Assembly: GCA_007125175.1 (NCBI GenBank)
Contig: SLDS01000008.1
Location: 2,156 to 66,155 of the forward strand
Direction of reading: 5' to 3'
DNA from: Flavobacteriales bacterium
Lineage (GTDB): Bacteria; Bacteroidota; Bacteroidia; Flavobacteriales_D; Cryomorphaceae
Length of the DNA: 64,000 nucleotides
The notes below the pieces were generated by a model. That model was not told the DNA's origin. It did not search any database and was given only the letters and a program-made list of their open reading frames with translations. Below are positions 46,617 to 56,925 of this stretch, one piece after another. Position 1 is the stretch's first letter. Each line of letters opens with the position of its first letter. Both the position numbers and the translations under genes were made by a program.

Positions 46617-49600
46617 ATGCTAGGATCCATTACCAAGACGCTCAAAAAACTTTTCGGAGATAAATCGGAGCGCGATATAAAAGTCATACAACCCCTCGTG
46701 GAGCAGGTGCTCGTGGAGTACGAGTCTCTCAAAAGCCTGAGCCACGAAGAGCTGAGAGCCAAAACGACCCAGCTCAAGGCGCAAATAGCCGAGGCCACCA
46801 AGGAAAATGAAGAGCGCATGAATGAGCTCAAAGCCGAGGTGGAGGCCAAGCCCGATATGCCGCTGGCCGAGAAAGAAGCCATCTTCGATCAGGTAGACGC
46901 CATCGCGGAGGATACCAATAAGGTCATCGAGAAAGTGCTTCTCGATATTTTGCCCCAGGCCTTTGCCATCGTGCGCGAGACGGCCAGGCGCTTCAAGGAA
47001 AACGAACGTATCGAGGTGCAGGCCACCGATTTTGATCGCGAGATTGCGGCCCGCAGGTCGGGTGTGGAAATCGAAGGAGACAAAGCCATTTGGTATCAAT
47101 CGTGGCTTGCCGCGGGCAGCGAAATCACCTGGCAGATGCTGCATTACGAAGTACAGCTTATCGGTGGTATAGCCCTCCATCAGGGCAAGGTAGCCGAAAT
47201 GCAAACGGGAGAGGGTAAAACCCTTGTGGCCACGCTACCGGTATACCTCAATGCCCTTGCGGGAAAAGGGGTGCACGTGGTTACCGTCAACGATTACCTC
47301 GCCCGCCGGGATGCTGAATGGATGGGCCCCATCTACGAATTTCACGGGCTTTCTGTGGATTGCATCGACAAGCATCAACCCAATAGCGATGAGCGGCGCA
47401 AGGCCTATCTCGCCGATATCACTTTCGGTACCAATAATGAATTCGGCTTCGATTACCTGCGCGACAACATGTCCACCACGCCCGAGCGGCTCGTGCAGCG
47501 CAAGCATCACTACGCCATTGTCGATGAGGTCGATTCTGTATTGATCGACGATGCGCGAACACCCCTCATCATATCAGGGCCCACTCCCAAGGGCGATCAG
47601 CAGCTCTTTGACGAGATGAAGCCCAGGGTAGAAAAACTCTACCAAGCCCAGCGCAGCCTCGTGCTTCAGCTCATCGCCGAGGCCAAGAAAAAGCTCGATG
47701 GACTGGAAGAGGGTAAGCCCTCCAAGCAGGATACCACCGAGGGAGGTCTTGCGCTCTTTCGCGCTTACCGCGGTCTCCCCAAGCTCAAGCCGCTTATCAA
47801 ATTCATGAGTGAGCCCGGCGTAAAGCAGCAATTGCTCAAGACCGAGGCCTACTACCTCCAGGATCAGGAGAAGGAGATGCACAAAGCCGATGAGGTACTC
47901 TTCTTCACCATCGAGGAGAAAAACAATGCCGTGGAGCTCACCGAGAAGGGTATTGAGCTGCTTTCGCAAAATGTGGAAGACAATGACTTCTTCATCCTTC
48001 CCGATATGGGAACTTCCATAGCCGAGATCGAGAAGAGTGGCAAGGAGCCCGAAGAAATTGTGAAAGAGAAGGATGAGCTGCTGCGAAATTATGGTGTAAA
48101 GGCCGAGCGCATACATACCATCAACCAACTGCTCAAGGCCTACGCCCTCTTTGAGAAAGATGTGGACTATGTGGTTATGGACAATAAAGTGAAAATTGTC
48201 GATGAGCAGACGGGTCGTATCATGGAGGGCCGACGCTACAGCGATGGGCTGCATCAGGCCATTGAGTCCAAGGAAAAGGTCAAGGTAGAAGCGGCCACAC
48301 AAACCTATGCCACCATCACCCTGCAGAATTATTTCCGCATGTACCACAAGCTTGCGGGGATGACAGGTACAGCCGAAACCGAAGCAGGAGAGCTTTGGGA
48401 CATCTACAAGCTGGATGTGATGTTGATTCCCACCAACAAACCTGTGATTCGCGATGACCGCGAGGATAAGGTGTACAAAACCAAACGCGAAAAATTCAAT
48501 GCGGCCATCGAAGAGATCACAGAGCTCAGCCAACAAGGCCGACCTGTGCTCGTGGGGACCACTTCTGTAGAAGTTTCTGAATTGCTGAGCCGCATGCTCA
48601 AGCTGAAAAATATCAAGCACAATGTGCTGAACGCCAAATTGCACGCGAGGGAGGCCGAAGTAGTGGCCGAAGCCGGTCGTCCCGGGGCCGTCACCATTGC
48701 TACCAATATGGCCGGTCGTGGTACCGACATCAAGCTCGGTGAGGGTGTGAAAGAAGCCGGTGGTCTCGCCATCGTCGGTACCGAGAAGCACGACTCCCGA
48801 CGGGTGGATAGGCAGTTGCGCGGTAGGGCAGGTCGACAAGGAGATCCGGGCTCCTCACAGTTTTATATCTCGCTCGAGGACAACTTGATGAGGCTTTTTG
48901 GCTCAGACCGCATTGCCAAAATGATGGACCGAATGGGCCTCCAGGAAGGTGAAGTGATTCAGCACAGCATGATCACCAAATCCATCGAGAGGGCTCAGCG
49001 CAAGGTGGAAGAAAACAATTTCGGCATACGGAAGCGACTCCTGGAGTACGATGATGTGATGAACTCTCAGCGAGAGGTGATTTACAAGAGGCGGCGCCAC
49101 GCTTTGCATGGAGACAGATTGGAGCTCGATATAGAAAATATGTTTCAGGATGTAGTCGAGGCCATCGTTGGCAATCATCACGAAGCCAAGGACTACGAGG
49201 GCTTTTCCCTCGATCTCATCCAGTTCATGGGTATTGAGCCCCCCTTCACCGCCGATGAATTTGCATCGGGGCGCGCAACCGAAATCAAGCAGGGAGTCTT
49301 CAAAGCTGCCCGGGATCACTACCGCCGCCGCATGGAGGACACAGCCAAGACGGCATTGCCCATCATTCGCAATGTACACGAAAACCAATCCCAGTTTCAG
49401 AACATCGCTGTGCCATTTACCGATGGCAAGCGCGCACTGCAAGTGGTTGTCAATATCGAGGAAACCCTCGAAAGCGAAGGCCGCAAGCTGATGAGCGGCA
49501 TAGAGAAGTCTGTGACCCTCGCCATCATCGACAATCAGTGGAAAGACCATCTCAGGGAAATGGACGATCTGCGCCAGTCCGTGCAGAATGCCCGCTTCGA

Positions 49601-49973
49601 GCAGAAGGATCCCTTGCTCATTTACAAGTTCGAATCATTCGAGCTCTTCAAGAAAATGATCGAGAAGGTGAGCTTTGAGGTGGTATCCTTCCTGAGCAAG
49701 GCCTTTTTGCCAGGAAGGGAAGCAGAGCTGCGCACCACCAATGCCACCACCGCAGGTGCTGACGATAGCAGCAAGCTCAAGGCCAGCCGACCCGGTGCCG
49801 AAACTTCCGCTCCCCAGCAATTGGGTCGTGGAGGTGGAGCTCCACCCATGCCGAGGCCTAAGCCTCAGCCGGTGCGCACCGAGAAGAAGATAGGTCGCAA
49901 TGAGCCATGCCCCTGTGGCAGCGGTAAGAAGTACAAAAACTGTCATGGCAAGGCGGTGAGTCAGAGCGTTTGA
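46617..49973 (+). CDS. secA: Preprotein translocase ATPase SecA
   Basis: Canonical N-terminus [22 protein letters not shown]. Motor motifs [33 protein letters not shown] and [11 protein letters not shown]-terminal zinc motif [14 protein letters not shown]. The upstream 49 codons in the track overlap a terminator and promoter, so they are rejected. Confidence 0.97.
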   Translation: MLGSITKTLKKLFGDKSERDIKVIQPLVEQVLVEYESLKSLSHEELRAKTTQLKAQIAEATKENEERMNELKAEVEAKPDMPLAEKEAIFDQVDAIAEDTNKVIEKVLLDILPQAFAIVRETARRFKENERIEVQATDFDREIAARRSGVEIEGDKAIWYQSWLAAGSEITWQMLHYEVQLIGGIALHQGKVAEMQTGEGKTLVATLPVYLNALAGKGVHVVTVNDYLARRDAEWMGPIYEFHGLSVDCIDKHQPNSDERRKAYLADITFGTNNEFGFDYLRDNMSTTPERLVQRKHHYAIVDEVDSVLIDDARTPLIISGPTPKGDQQLFDEMKPRVEKLYQAQRSLVLQLIAEAKKKLDGLEEGKPSKQDTTEGGLALFRAYRGLPKLKPLIKFMSEPGVKQQLLKTEAYYLQDQEKEMHKADEVLFFTIEEKNNAVELTEKGIELLSQNVEDNDFFILPDMGTSIAEIEKSGKEPEEIVKEKDELLRNYGVKAERIHTINQLLKAYALFEKDVDYVVMDNKVKIVDEQTGRIMEGRRYSDGLHQAIESKEKVKVEAATQTYATITLQNYFRMYHKLAGMTGTAETEAGELWDIYKLDVMLIPTNKPVIRDDREDKVYKTKREKFNAAIEEITELSQQGRPVLVGTTSVEVSELLSRMLKLKNIKHNVLNAKLHAREAEVVAEAGRPGAVTIATNMAGRGTDIKLGEGVKEAGGLAIVGTEKHDSRRVDRQLRGRAGRQGDPGSSQFYISLEDNLMRLFGSDRIAKMMDRMGLQEGEVIQHSMITKSIERAQRKVEENNFGIRKRLLEYDDVMNSQREVIYKRRRHALHGDRLELDIENMFQDVVEAIVGNHHEAKDYEGFSLDLIQFMGIEPPFTADEFASGRATEIKQGVFKAARDHYRRRMEDTAKTALPIIRNVHENQSQFQNIAVPFTDGKRALQVVVNIEETLESEGRKLMSGIEKSVTLAIIDNQWKDHLREMDDLRQSVQNARFEQKDPLLIYKFESFELFKKMIEKVSFEVVSFLSKAFLPGREAELRTTNATTAGADDSSKLKASRPGAETSAPQQLGRGGGAPPMPRPKPQPVRTEKKIGRNEPCPCGSGKKYKNCHGKAVSQSV

Positions 49974-50115
49974 TCAGGATTGCTCGGATAGCAGCCTGCT
50001 TGAGCACCACAATTTTGGAATCTCTCTACCGGGCACGGTGCCGAGGCATAGTGGATCATGCGAAGATGTTCTCTTTGGGAGAAGTCTTTGCAGGGGGATA
50101 AGAGGGCTTAAAAGC

Positions 50116-50934
50116 TTATCCGCTTTTTCTCACCATCTCCATCAGTTCCTCGCTCACGCCGGTAAAGCTGTAGCCACCATCGTGAAAAAGATTTTGCATG
50201 GTGACCATGCGGGTATAGTCGCTGAACATCATGACGATATACTCTGCGCAAGCTTCGGCACTGGCATTGCCCAGGGGCGACATCAGGTCGGCGATGTCAA
50301 AGAATTCATTGAAGCCATCAATTCCTGAACCGGCCGTGGTGCGGGTCGGCGATTGAGAAATGGTATTGACCCTCACTTTTTTCAGCTTTCCGAAGCGGTA
50401 GCCATAGCCCCGGGCTATATTTTCCAGCAGGGCCTTGGCCTCGGCCATATCGGTGTAAAAAGGGAATACCCGTTGCGCTGCTATGTAGCTCAAAGCAAGT
50501 ATGCTGCCCCATTCGTTCATCACGTCCATCTTTTCGGCCACCTGCATCATTTTGTGAAAGCTGAGCCCGGATACATCATAGCTCTTCAGCGCCCATTCGT
50601 GGTTGAGGTCGCCGTAGCTCTTCCCCTTGCGAATGTTGGTGCTCATGCCTATGCTGTGCAGGATAAAGTCAAAATTGCCTCCCAGATGCTCCTTGGCTTC
50701 TGTGTACAGCTTTTCGATGTCCTCAAGCGAGGTGGCATCAGCAGGGATGACGATGCTATTGGTTTGCTCGGCGAGCTCCTTGATGGCTCCCATGCGCATG
50801 GCGAGCGGTGCATTGGTGAGCACAAAGCGTGCGCCCTGTTCATGGGCCTTAAGCGCCGTTTTCCAGGCAATTGAGTTTTCATCAAGGGCACCGGTGATGA
50901 TGCCTACCTTTCCTTTGAGCAAGTCATTAGCCAT
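50116..50934 (-). CDS. fabI: Enoyl-[acyl-carrier-protein] reductase (NADH), FabI
   Basis: SDR fold. N-terminal GKVGIITGALDENSIAW and FabI-type Y-x6-K (YTDMAEAKA). 272 aa. Confidence 0.9.
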   Translation of the reverse strand: MANDLLKGKVGIITGALDENSIAWKTALKAHEQGARFVLTNAPLAMRMGAIKELAEQTNSIVIPADATSLEDIEKLYTEAKEHLGGNFDFILHSIGMSTNIRKGKSYGDLNHEWALKSYDVSGLSFHKMMQVAEKMDVMNEWGSILALSYIAAQRVFPFYTDMAEAKALLENIARGYGYRFGKLKKVRVNTISQSPTRTTAGSGIDGFNEFFDIADLMSPLGNASAEACAEYIVMMFSDYTRMVTMQNLFHDGGYSFTGVSEELMEMVRKSG

Positions 50935-51118
50935 ATTCAGAATTTTTCAGGTTTCGGGTTTACAGCCTTTCGGCAAAAATTGTTGAGGCGAATATAGCAA
51001 GGATTTTGTGCCTGAGGATGCTTCCGCAAAGCCTCTTCACTTGGCGCCCTTATCGCATAATTGGCAAAGATCCGAATCCACCCGTCCATGGACAGAGTAT
51101 TGTACCTTAGCGGCTGTG

Positions 51119-53548
51119 ATGGCCATTGCCCCTGCGAATGTGAGAATTCTTTGCGCACTTTTCATTTTTCAATTGCTTGGAATCGCGGCCGAGGCGCAGA
51201 GGGTTCAGCTTATCGACGCTCTGAGTGGCAAAGCGGTAGAGGGGGTTTACATTTGCAATGCCGAGGGTTCTGCTGCAGTGGTAAGCGATGCCAAGGGGCA
51301 ATTCGACACGGGCGTTTTTGCGGAAAGCGATACCCTTCAGTTTACCCATGTCAATTACAGCCCCAAGGTCTTGTCTTACGCAGATATTCTCTCTCGGACC
51401 AAACCACTGAGGGTAAATATGCTGCCCGCTCAGCAGTCCCTGGAAGCTGTCACCGTTAGCGCCCTGCGCAATCCTGTGCAAAGCAGGGCCAAAGCCATGC
51501 GAATCGCCGCCATCAGTCCTGAACTCATCCAAAGAAATGCTCCGTCCACCAGTGCTGATGTCTTGGCGGAGAGTGGTGAGGTTCAGGTGCAAAAAAGCCA
51601 GCAAGGGGGTGGCAGTCCCATGATCAGGGGCTTTGCTGCCAACAGGCTCCTCATCGCTGTTGACGGCGTACGGATGAATAATGCCATTTTCAGGGCAGGA
51701 AACCTGCAGAATGTCATTAGCATAGATCCTCTGTCTATCCAAAGTGCACAAGTGATATTTGGTCCCGGCAGCGTGGTCTACGGCAGCGATGCCCTAGGCG
51801 GTGTAATGGCATTCGAAACCCTCAAGCCGATCTTTTCGGCCGGAGACAGCGTGCACACAGAGGCCATGCTCATGGGCAGGTACAGCACGGCCAATACGGG
51901 GCTTATGGGCCATGTACAAGCCAAGGTGGGCACGCAACGTTGGGCTTCTGTGAGCAGTGTGAGCTACAATGATTTTGGTGATCTGCGCATGGGGCGGCAT
52001 GGGCCTTCTGACTGGCAACGCGGCTTCTATGCAGACCGACGGGATGGCGAGGACATCATCCTGCCCAATGAGAATCCAAACTTGCAGGTGGGTAGCGCAT
52101 ACAGTCAGCTCAACCTGATGCAGAAAGTGGCCTTCAGACCCAATTCGTTTTTGGACTTGCAATACGCTTTTCACTTGAGTACGACCAGCGATATACCGCG
52201 CTATGACAGGCTTATCGAGGCGGTAGAGGGGCAGCCCCGCCATGCGGAGTGGGCCTACGGACCACAGGAGTGGATGCTCAATCACTTTACCCTGCATCAG
52301 CGCAAGGCGAGCGCCCTCTACGATGAGTTCCAGTTGAGCCTGGCGCATCAGCGTTTTGGCGAAAGCCGCATCAACAGACGCTTTGGGGATGATCTGCGCC
52401 GCGAACGCTCAGAACTTGTCAATGCCTACTCGGCCAATCTGGATTTCGTGCGGCAGCTCGGTGCGGGACGCTACCTCGATTATGGCATTGAGGCCGTGTA
52501 CAATACTGTTGCCACCGATGGCTTTGTAGAGCATATTGATAGCGGAGTGCGGGGGCCTGAATTGCCGCGATTGCCCGAGTCTACATGGGGTTCATACGCC
52601 GGGTTTTTAGCCTTTCGGCAAATGTGGAGTGGCGGCCATCAGCTTCAAGCAGGTATCAGGTATAACCTATTTGCCATGCAGAGTAGCTTTGATACCAGCC
52701 TCATAGACTTGCCATTTGAGAAGGCGCGCCTCCTGAATGCAGCTCCCGCAGCCAGCCTCGGATACACCTTGAGCAGGGGCAAATGGCGCTATGAAGTGCT
52801 CGGCAGTACTGGCTTTCGCGCACCCAATGTGGATGATGTGGGCAAGGTCTTCGATTCCGAGCCGGGAAGGGTGACGGTGCCCAATGCCGACTTGCTTCCT
52901 GAGCAAGCATGGAATGCCGAGATAGGTCTGGCCTACCGGCATCCCAATGGCTTTAGCGCACATTTCAGCGCCTACTACACTTACCTTGATGGCGCTATGG
53001 TGCGCCGAAACAGCAGCTTGAATGGTCTCGACAGCATTGTGTATGAAGGGGAACGATCTCAAGTCCAGCAATTGCAAAATGCTGCCTACGCTGAAATTTT
53101 TGGTGTACAAGCGAGGATGGAATGGGTGCTGCCGGGTGGCTGGCACTTACAGAGCAGCTTCAATTGGCAAGAGGGCAGCGAACTGGACGCTGCCGGGGTG
53201 CTCAGTGCAGCGCGGCATGCGGCACCATGGTTTGGTCTGAGCCGCCTGGGCTATACTTTCAGGGGCCTCTATCTTGAGCTCAATGCATTTTACAGCGGCG
53301 GCTTTCGCTTCGATCAATTGGCCATCGAGGAGCGCGGCAAAGCGTTCCTCTATGCCCGCGATGCCGAGGGGAGGCCCTTTTCACCGGCCTGGTACACCAT
53401 CAACTTTCGCAGTACGTATCATCTGGGGCCGCGCTGGCGACTGGACTTTGGCCTGGAAAATATCACCGATCAGCGCTACCGCACCTATTCCTCCGGTATT
53501 GCCGGAGCAGGGCGCAACTTTGTACTTGGTTTCTCATGGGCTTTGTAA
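51119..53548 (+). CDS. TonB-dependent outer-membrane receptor with N-terminal carboxypeptidase-regulatory-like domain
   Basis: Signal peptide (ILCALFIFQLLGIAAEAQ). CarbopepD_reg-like segment. Plug motifs (GGGSPMIRGFAANRLLIAVDGVRMNN, GSDALGGVMAFET). Long beta-barrel. Start at ATG 51119 is chosen over the track start 51008. Substrate unknown. Confidence 0.85.
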   Translation: MAIAPANVRILCALFIFQLLGIAAEAQRVQLIDALSGKAVEGVYICNAEGSAAVVSDAKGQFDTGVFAESDTLQFTHVNYSPKVLSYADILSRTKPLRVNMLPAQQSLEAVTVSALRNPVQSRAKAMRIAAISPELIQRNAPSTSADVLAESGEVQVQKSQQGGGSPMIRGFAANRLLIAVDGVRMNNAIFRAGNLQNVISIDPLSIQSAQVIFGPGSVVYGSDALGGVMAFETLKPIFSAGDSVHTEAMLMGRYSTANTGLMGHVQAKVGTQRWASVSSVSYNDFGDLRMGRHGPSDWQRGFYADRRDGEDIILPNENPNLQVGSAYSQLNLMQKVAFRPNSFLDLQYAFHLSTTSDIPRYDRLIEAVEGQPRHAEWAYGPQEWMLNHFTLHQRKASALYDEFQLSLAHQRFGESRINRRFGDDLRRERSELVNAYSANLDFVRQLGAGRYLDYGIEAVYNTVATDGFVEHIDSGVRGPELPRLPESTWGSYAGFLAFRQMWSGGHQLQAGIRYNLFAMQSSFDTSLIDLPFEKARLLNAAPAASLGYTLSRGKWRYEVLGSTGFRAPNVDDVGKVFDSEPGRVTVPNADLLPEQAWNAEIGLAYRHPNGFSAHFSAYYTYLDGAMVRRNSSLNGLDSIVYEGERSQVQQLQNAAYAEIFGVQARMEWVLPGGWHLQSSFNWQEGSELDAAGVLSAARHAAPWFGLSRLGYTFRGLYLELNAFYSGGFRFDQLAIEERGKAFLYARDAEGRPFSPAWYTINFRSTYHLGPRWRLDFGLENITDQRYRTYSSGIAGAGRNFVLGFSWAL

Positions 53549-53620
53549 TGGAGCCCCGGTGACCTATCTGGCAGGCTCTTTCATTTTGTTAAGAGCCATA
53601 CTTGTCCTTGTCCGGCTTCT

Positions 53621-53628
53621 TATCTTTG
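53621..53628 (+). promoter_or_regulatory. Candidate -7 box (TATCTTTG) for the aldehyde dehydrogenase gene
   Basis: Exact TAnnTTTG 17 nt upstream of the ATG at 53646. A TTG lies about 16 nt upstream of the box. Confidence 0.45.
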
Positions 53629-53645
53629 GCTGAAAAGACCTCAAC

Positions 53646-54998
53646 ATGTTTGACTCCATCAATCCCTACAATTTGCAAGTCATCAAGCGACGCAGCCATT
53701 GGCAAGCTCCCCAACTCGGGAGGGCGGTGATGCTTAGCAGCGAGCGCTTTTTGCATTGGCGGCGCTTGGAGCTCTCGGAACGAATCGGGCCCTTGAAGCA
53801 ATTGAGCAAGCTCTTGCTCGAAAAGAAGGAGGGCTTGGCCCGAATGGCGAGCCTGGAGATGGGTAAGCCCCTCGTGCAGTCCGAAGGGGAGATTGAGAAA
53901 TGCGCTTGGCTCTGCGATCACTATGCAGAGCATGCGGAAGCCTATCTGGCCAATGAGCCTGTAGAGATCGATGCTGCAAAGGCTTGGGTGGCCTACGAGC
54001 CCATGGGGGTGATACTGGGCATCATGCCCTGGAACTTTCCCTACTGGCAGGCACTGCGGTTTGCGCTTCCCACCATACTCGCCGGCAATGTGGTTCTGCT
54101 CAAGCATGCCCCCAATGTTCAGGGCTGTGCCGAAGCTTTGGAAGCGCTTATGCTGGAGGCGGGCTTTCCGGAATCGACTTTTACCAACATACCCATCCCT
54201 GTGCAGTACGTGAGCGGACTCATCGAGCATCCCGACGTGATGGGGGTGAGCCTCACCGGAAGTGAGCGCGCAGGTAAGGCTGTGGGCCGAGCCGCAGGCG
54301 AGGCCCTCAAGCCCTCGCTGCTCGAGCTGGGAGGTAGCAATGCCTTTATCGTGCTGGCCGATGCCGATATCGAGAAAAGTGTAGATCTGGGTATGTCTGC
54401 CCGACTGCAGAACAATGGACAGAGCTGCATTGCCGCCAAGCGCTTCATCCTTGAGGCTTCCATAGCCGACGATTTTGTCGATTGCCTTCTGGAGAAGCTC
54501 GATGGGATATCCATCGGTGATCCCCTGGATCGCATAACGCAGCTGGGGCCCCTCGCCCGGGTAGACCTTGCGGAAAATCTGCAAAAACAAGTCCTTGCCA
54601 GCATCCGCAAAGGGGCTTCCAAGCTCCACGGTGCTGAGGTGGAAGGAGCAATGTATCCAGCTACGGTGCTCGATAAACTGGCTCCGGGCATGCCTGCATT
54701 CGATGAAGAAACCTTCGGCCCTGTATTTGGCATCAGCCGCGTATCGGGGGCAGAAGAAGCGGCTTACCTCGCCAATTCCACCCGCTACGGCCTTGGTGTG
54801 AGCATTTGCACTGCCGATGTGGAGCGGGCGCTGGGCTTGGGCAAAAAGCTCAAGGATGGCGCACTGTTCATCAATGAGATGGTCAAGAGCCATCCCGCGC
54901 TGCCCTTCGGTGGTTCAGGCATTAGTGGCTATGGGCGAGAGTTGGGCTCACAGGGCATACGGGCATTTTGCAATGTGAAAACCTATTATCAGGCCTGA
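53646..54998 (+). CDS. NAD(P)-dependent aldehyde dehydrogenase (succinate-semialdehyde dehydrogenase-like)
   Basis: ALDH motifs PWNFPYWQ, catalytic Glu in LELGGSNAF, catalytic Cys in NGQSCIAAKRF, and EETFGPV. The 434-aa ORF on the opposite strand has no recognisable motifs. Confidence 0.9.
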   Translation: MFDSINPYNLQVIKRRSHWQAPQLGRAVMLSSERFLHWRRLELSERIGPLKQLSKLLLEKKEGLARMASLEMGKPLVQSEGEIEKCAWLCDHYAEHAEAYLANEPVEIDAAKAWVAYEPMGVILGIMPWNFPYWQALRFALPTILAGNVVLLKHAPNVQGCAEALEALMLEAGFPESTFTNIPIPVQYVSGLIEHPDVMGVSLTGSERAGKAVGRAAGEALKPSLLELGGSNAFIVLADADIEKSVDLGMSARLQNNGQSCIAAKRFILEASIADDFVDCLLEKLDGISIGDPLDRITQLGPLARVDLAENLQKQVLASIRKGASKLHGAEVEGAMYPATVLDKLAPGMPAFDEETFGPVFGISRVSGAEEAAYLANSTRYGLGVSICTADVERALGLGKKLKDGALFINEMVKSHPALPFGGSGISGYGRELGSQGIRAFCNVKTYYQA

Positions 54999-55080
54999 TT
55001 TTTTGGGCTTTTAAGGCCGGGCCTCATTTGCAAAACTCCCTGGAGCTGCCGTTCTTTGGAAATCCAAACATTTTCCGCTG

Positions 55081-56745
55081 ATGAGATTCTTACAAGCCGG
55101 CTCAGTGCTCCTGGCAGCTCTGTGCATTTTCTTTTCCAATCCCTTACATGCCCAGGAATCCCTGCGCTGTGCCACCGTCGAAGCCCATGAGATGCTCAGA
55201 GAGCGCCATCCGGAGATAGGCAGCGATGAAGAATTCGAAGAATGGCTACAAAAGTCCATAGAGGCTTTTCAGCAAAAAAGTGGCGATACAGAAGTGGTGA
55301 GCCTTCCCGTGGTTTTTCACGTGATCCACACCAACGAAGCGGTGGGCGGCAATGACAACCTCAGCCCGGCCCTCATAAACGCCCAACTCGAGCAGATTAA
55401 CAATGACTTTCGCCGCATACAAGGGAGCAGTGGCTTCAATACAAACCCCGTGGGAGCCGATACGCGCATCGAGTTTTGCATGGCCATAGTCGACCCGAAT
55501 GGAGAGCCCATGGCGGAGCCGGGAGTCAACCGGGTCAATACGCAGTCTCTGGGGTTCAACACCCAGCCTTACAGCATTCAATACATGGACAATACCGTGA
55601 AGCCAATCACCCAGTGGGATCCCGCTCAGTACATCAATATCTGGGTGGCAAGGATCAATTTCTTCTTTTTCCTGCCCATTGAAGGCTATGCGCAGTTTCC
55701 CAGCCAAAGCGGCCTGCCCGGACTCAATCCGGACGAAGGCCCGGCCAATTCCGATGGGGTGGTGGTAAGGCACCGCACGGTGGGCTCCACAGACCTGCCC
55801 AATCCTCAGGGGGGCAATTTCGGGCAGGGACGCACCCTCACCCATGAGTTGGGCCACTTCTTCGGGCTGCGCCACATTTGGGGCGATGGCAACTGCAGTG
55901 CAGATGACTTTTGCGATGATACTCCTAACAGTAGTGGTTCCACCTCCGGCTGTCCTTCCAATAAGGTGACCTGCGATACTCCCGACATGATCGAAAACTA
56001 CATGGACTACACCGATGATGCCTGCATGAACATTTTCACCATGTGTCAAAAAACACGCATGCAGGCAGTGATGGCCAATAGCCCACGTCGTGGCAGTCTG
56101 ATCAATAGCACGGCTTGCGGCATCGAGCCTGAAGTGCCTCCCTGCGAAAATCCCTACCCACAAGTGGAAAACCTACAGGCCACCGTTGCTGCGGATGGTT
56201 CAGTAGAGCTGAGCTGGACACCCATCCCCGGCTCGCTTGGATGCCAGGTGCAAGGAGGGCTCGCCAGCGGCAATGGCCCGGTTCAAAACAATGAAATCCT
56301 CGGTGATGCTCCATCTTCCTTTGTGGTTTCGGCCGGGCTTCTCAATCCCAATACGGAATACCGCTGGAGGGTGCGCTGCGGCTGCTCGCGCAATCCTTTG
56401 GTGGCTGGCCCGTGGACACCATACAACTTCTTCACCTACAGCATTCCATCGGGCGCAGCTACTGAGCTCTTGGCGATGCGCAAGGCTTCTTCGGATTTTG
56501 GGGCCCACATCTATCCCAATCCATCCAAGGGGCTTTTTCAAATGGAAGTGACCGCCGAGGAGGGAGTCTACCAAGTGTCTGTCTACAATGCGCTGGGGCT
56601 GCGTCTCAAAGCCGATCGATTGCAGCTGCCATCCGGCACTTCCACCCACGAACTCGACCTGCATGGCTACGCTGCCGGCATCTACTTTGTGAAAATCGAA
56701 TCGCCGACAGTTTCCGAGACGGTACGCATCGCTGTACAGCAATAA
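55081..56745 (+). CDS. Secreted zinc metalloprotease, peptidase M43 (pappalysin/cytophagalysin-like), with FN3-like domain and T9SS C-terminal sorting domain
   Basis: Signal peptide. Extended zinc motif HELGHFFGLRHIWGD. Internal domain with SWTPIPG...YRWRVRCGC. CTD: HIYPNPSKGLFQMEV...GIYFVKIES...RIAVQQ. Confidence 0.85.
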   Translation: MRFLQAGSVLLAALCIFFSNPLHAQESLRCATVEAHEMLRERHPEIGSDEEFEEWLQKSIEAFQQKSGDTEVVSLPVVFHVIHTNEAVGGNDNLSPALINAQLEQINNDFRRIQGSSGFNTNPVGADTRIEFCMAIVDPNGEPMAEPGVNRVNTQSLGFNTQPYSIQYMDNTVKPITQWDPAQYINIWVARINFFFFLPIEGYAQFPSQSGLPGLNPDEGPANSDGVVVRHRTVGSTDLPNPQGGNFGQGRTLTHELGHFFGLRHIWGDGNCSADDFCDDTPNSSGSTSGCPSNKVTCDTPDMIENYMDYTDDACMNIFTMCQKTRMQAVMANSPRRGSLINSTACGIEPEVPPCENPYPQVENLQATVAADGSVELSWTPIPGSLGCQVQGGLASGNGPVQNNEILGDAPSSFVVSAGLLNPNTEYRWRVRCGCSRNPLVAGPWTPYNFFTYSIPSGAATELLAMRKASSDFGAHIYPNPSKGLFQMEVTAEEGVYQVSVYNALGLRLKADRLQLPSGTSTHELDLHGYAAGIYFVKIESPTVSETVRIAVQQ

Positions 56746-56774
56746 GGGCCTTCGGATTAGGATTGTTCTACAAA

Positions 56775-56861
56775 ATGGTTTACTTTCGAATTTCAATTGA
56801 TCCAATGAACTGCTGGACGCCCTTCTTCCACACTTTTTACTTTAGCTTCTCATCGGAGTAG
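56775..56861 (+). CDS. Candidate leader peptide (28 aa: MVYFRISIDPMNCWTPFFHTFYFSFSSE) of the aromatic amino-acid operon
   Basis: Own translation; too short for the ORF track. 6 Phe, 2 Tyr and 1 Trp, with 7 aromatic residues in the last 15 codons. It lies between a near-consensus -7 box (TAGGATTG, 56758..56765) and a terminator in front of pheA. An alternative start is the ATG at 56805. Confidence 0.5.
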   Translation: MVYFRISIDPMNCWTPFFHTFYFSFSSE

Positions 56862-56925
56862 GGCCGGGCGTTTTTTTGATCATGCAAATTCAAAAATATC
56901 AGAGGCCCTCAGGGGCCTTTTTTTT
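56819..56925 (+). promoter_or_regulatory. Candidate transcription attenuator (segments 1-4 with mutually exclusive pairings)
   Basis: Traced by hand. Segment 1 (56819-28, GCCCTTCTTC) pairs with segment 2 (56855-64, GGAGTAGGGC) in 9 pairs, including 1 G.U, with 1 mismatch. Segment 2' (56860-65, AGGGCC) pairs with segment 3 (56904-09, GGCCCT) in 6 bp. Segment 3 (56901-08) pairs with segment 4 (56913-20) to form the terminator. Segment 1 consists of the Pro-Phe-Phe codons of the leader ORF. Confidence 0.45.
56901..56925 (+). terminator. Intrinsic terminator immediately upstream of the pheA ATG (attenuator 3:4 hairpin)
   Basis: AGAGGCCC-TCAG-GGGCCTTT: 5 G-C pairs plus A-T, G.U and A-T. The tetraloop is followed by a T8 run (56918-56925). 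The pheA ATG starts at 56926. Confidence 0.65.

Noticed and set aside
47574-48839. 421-aa ORF antisense to secA
   Set aside because: SecA on the plus strand is unambiguous, with all motor motifs intact. The antisense ORF is a shadow frame with no motifs.
50935-51118. Possible riboswitch (cobalamin or TPP) upstream of the TonB-dependent receptor
   Set aside because: I looked for the B12-box (GCCACTG-like) and for the TPP CTGAGA/ACCTGATCTGGATAATGC cores and found neither. There is only a 10-bp palindrome, GTCCATGGAC. A covariance-model scan would be needed to exclude weaker matches.
53589-54893. 434-aa ORF antisense to the aldehyde dehydrogenase
   Set aside because: The plus-strand ORF has the catalytic Glu and Cys motifs of the ALDH family over its full length. 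The minus-strand ORF has none and would start inside the neighbouring spacer and promoter.
55246-56163. 305-aa ORF antisense to the M43 protease. Similar cases: 29503..30315 opposite gldJ, 61143..61922 opposite the PfkB kinase, 35167..35763 opposite the amino-acid dehydrogenase, and 1354..2160 and 2398..3165 opposite uvrA.
   Set aside because: All lie entirely within, and antisense to, genes with strong family signatures. None has a signal, motif or plausible promoter.
56866-56877. GGGCG followed by T7, considered as an independent terminator (pairing with CGCCC at 56818-22)
   Set aside because: It gives only a 5-bp stem closing a 43-nt loop, and it competes with the better 1:2 register. It may contribute to pausing, but I do not count it as a separate feature.
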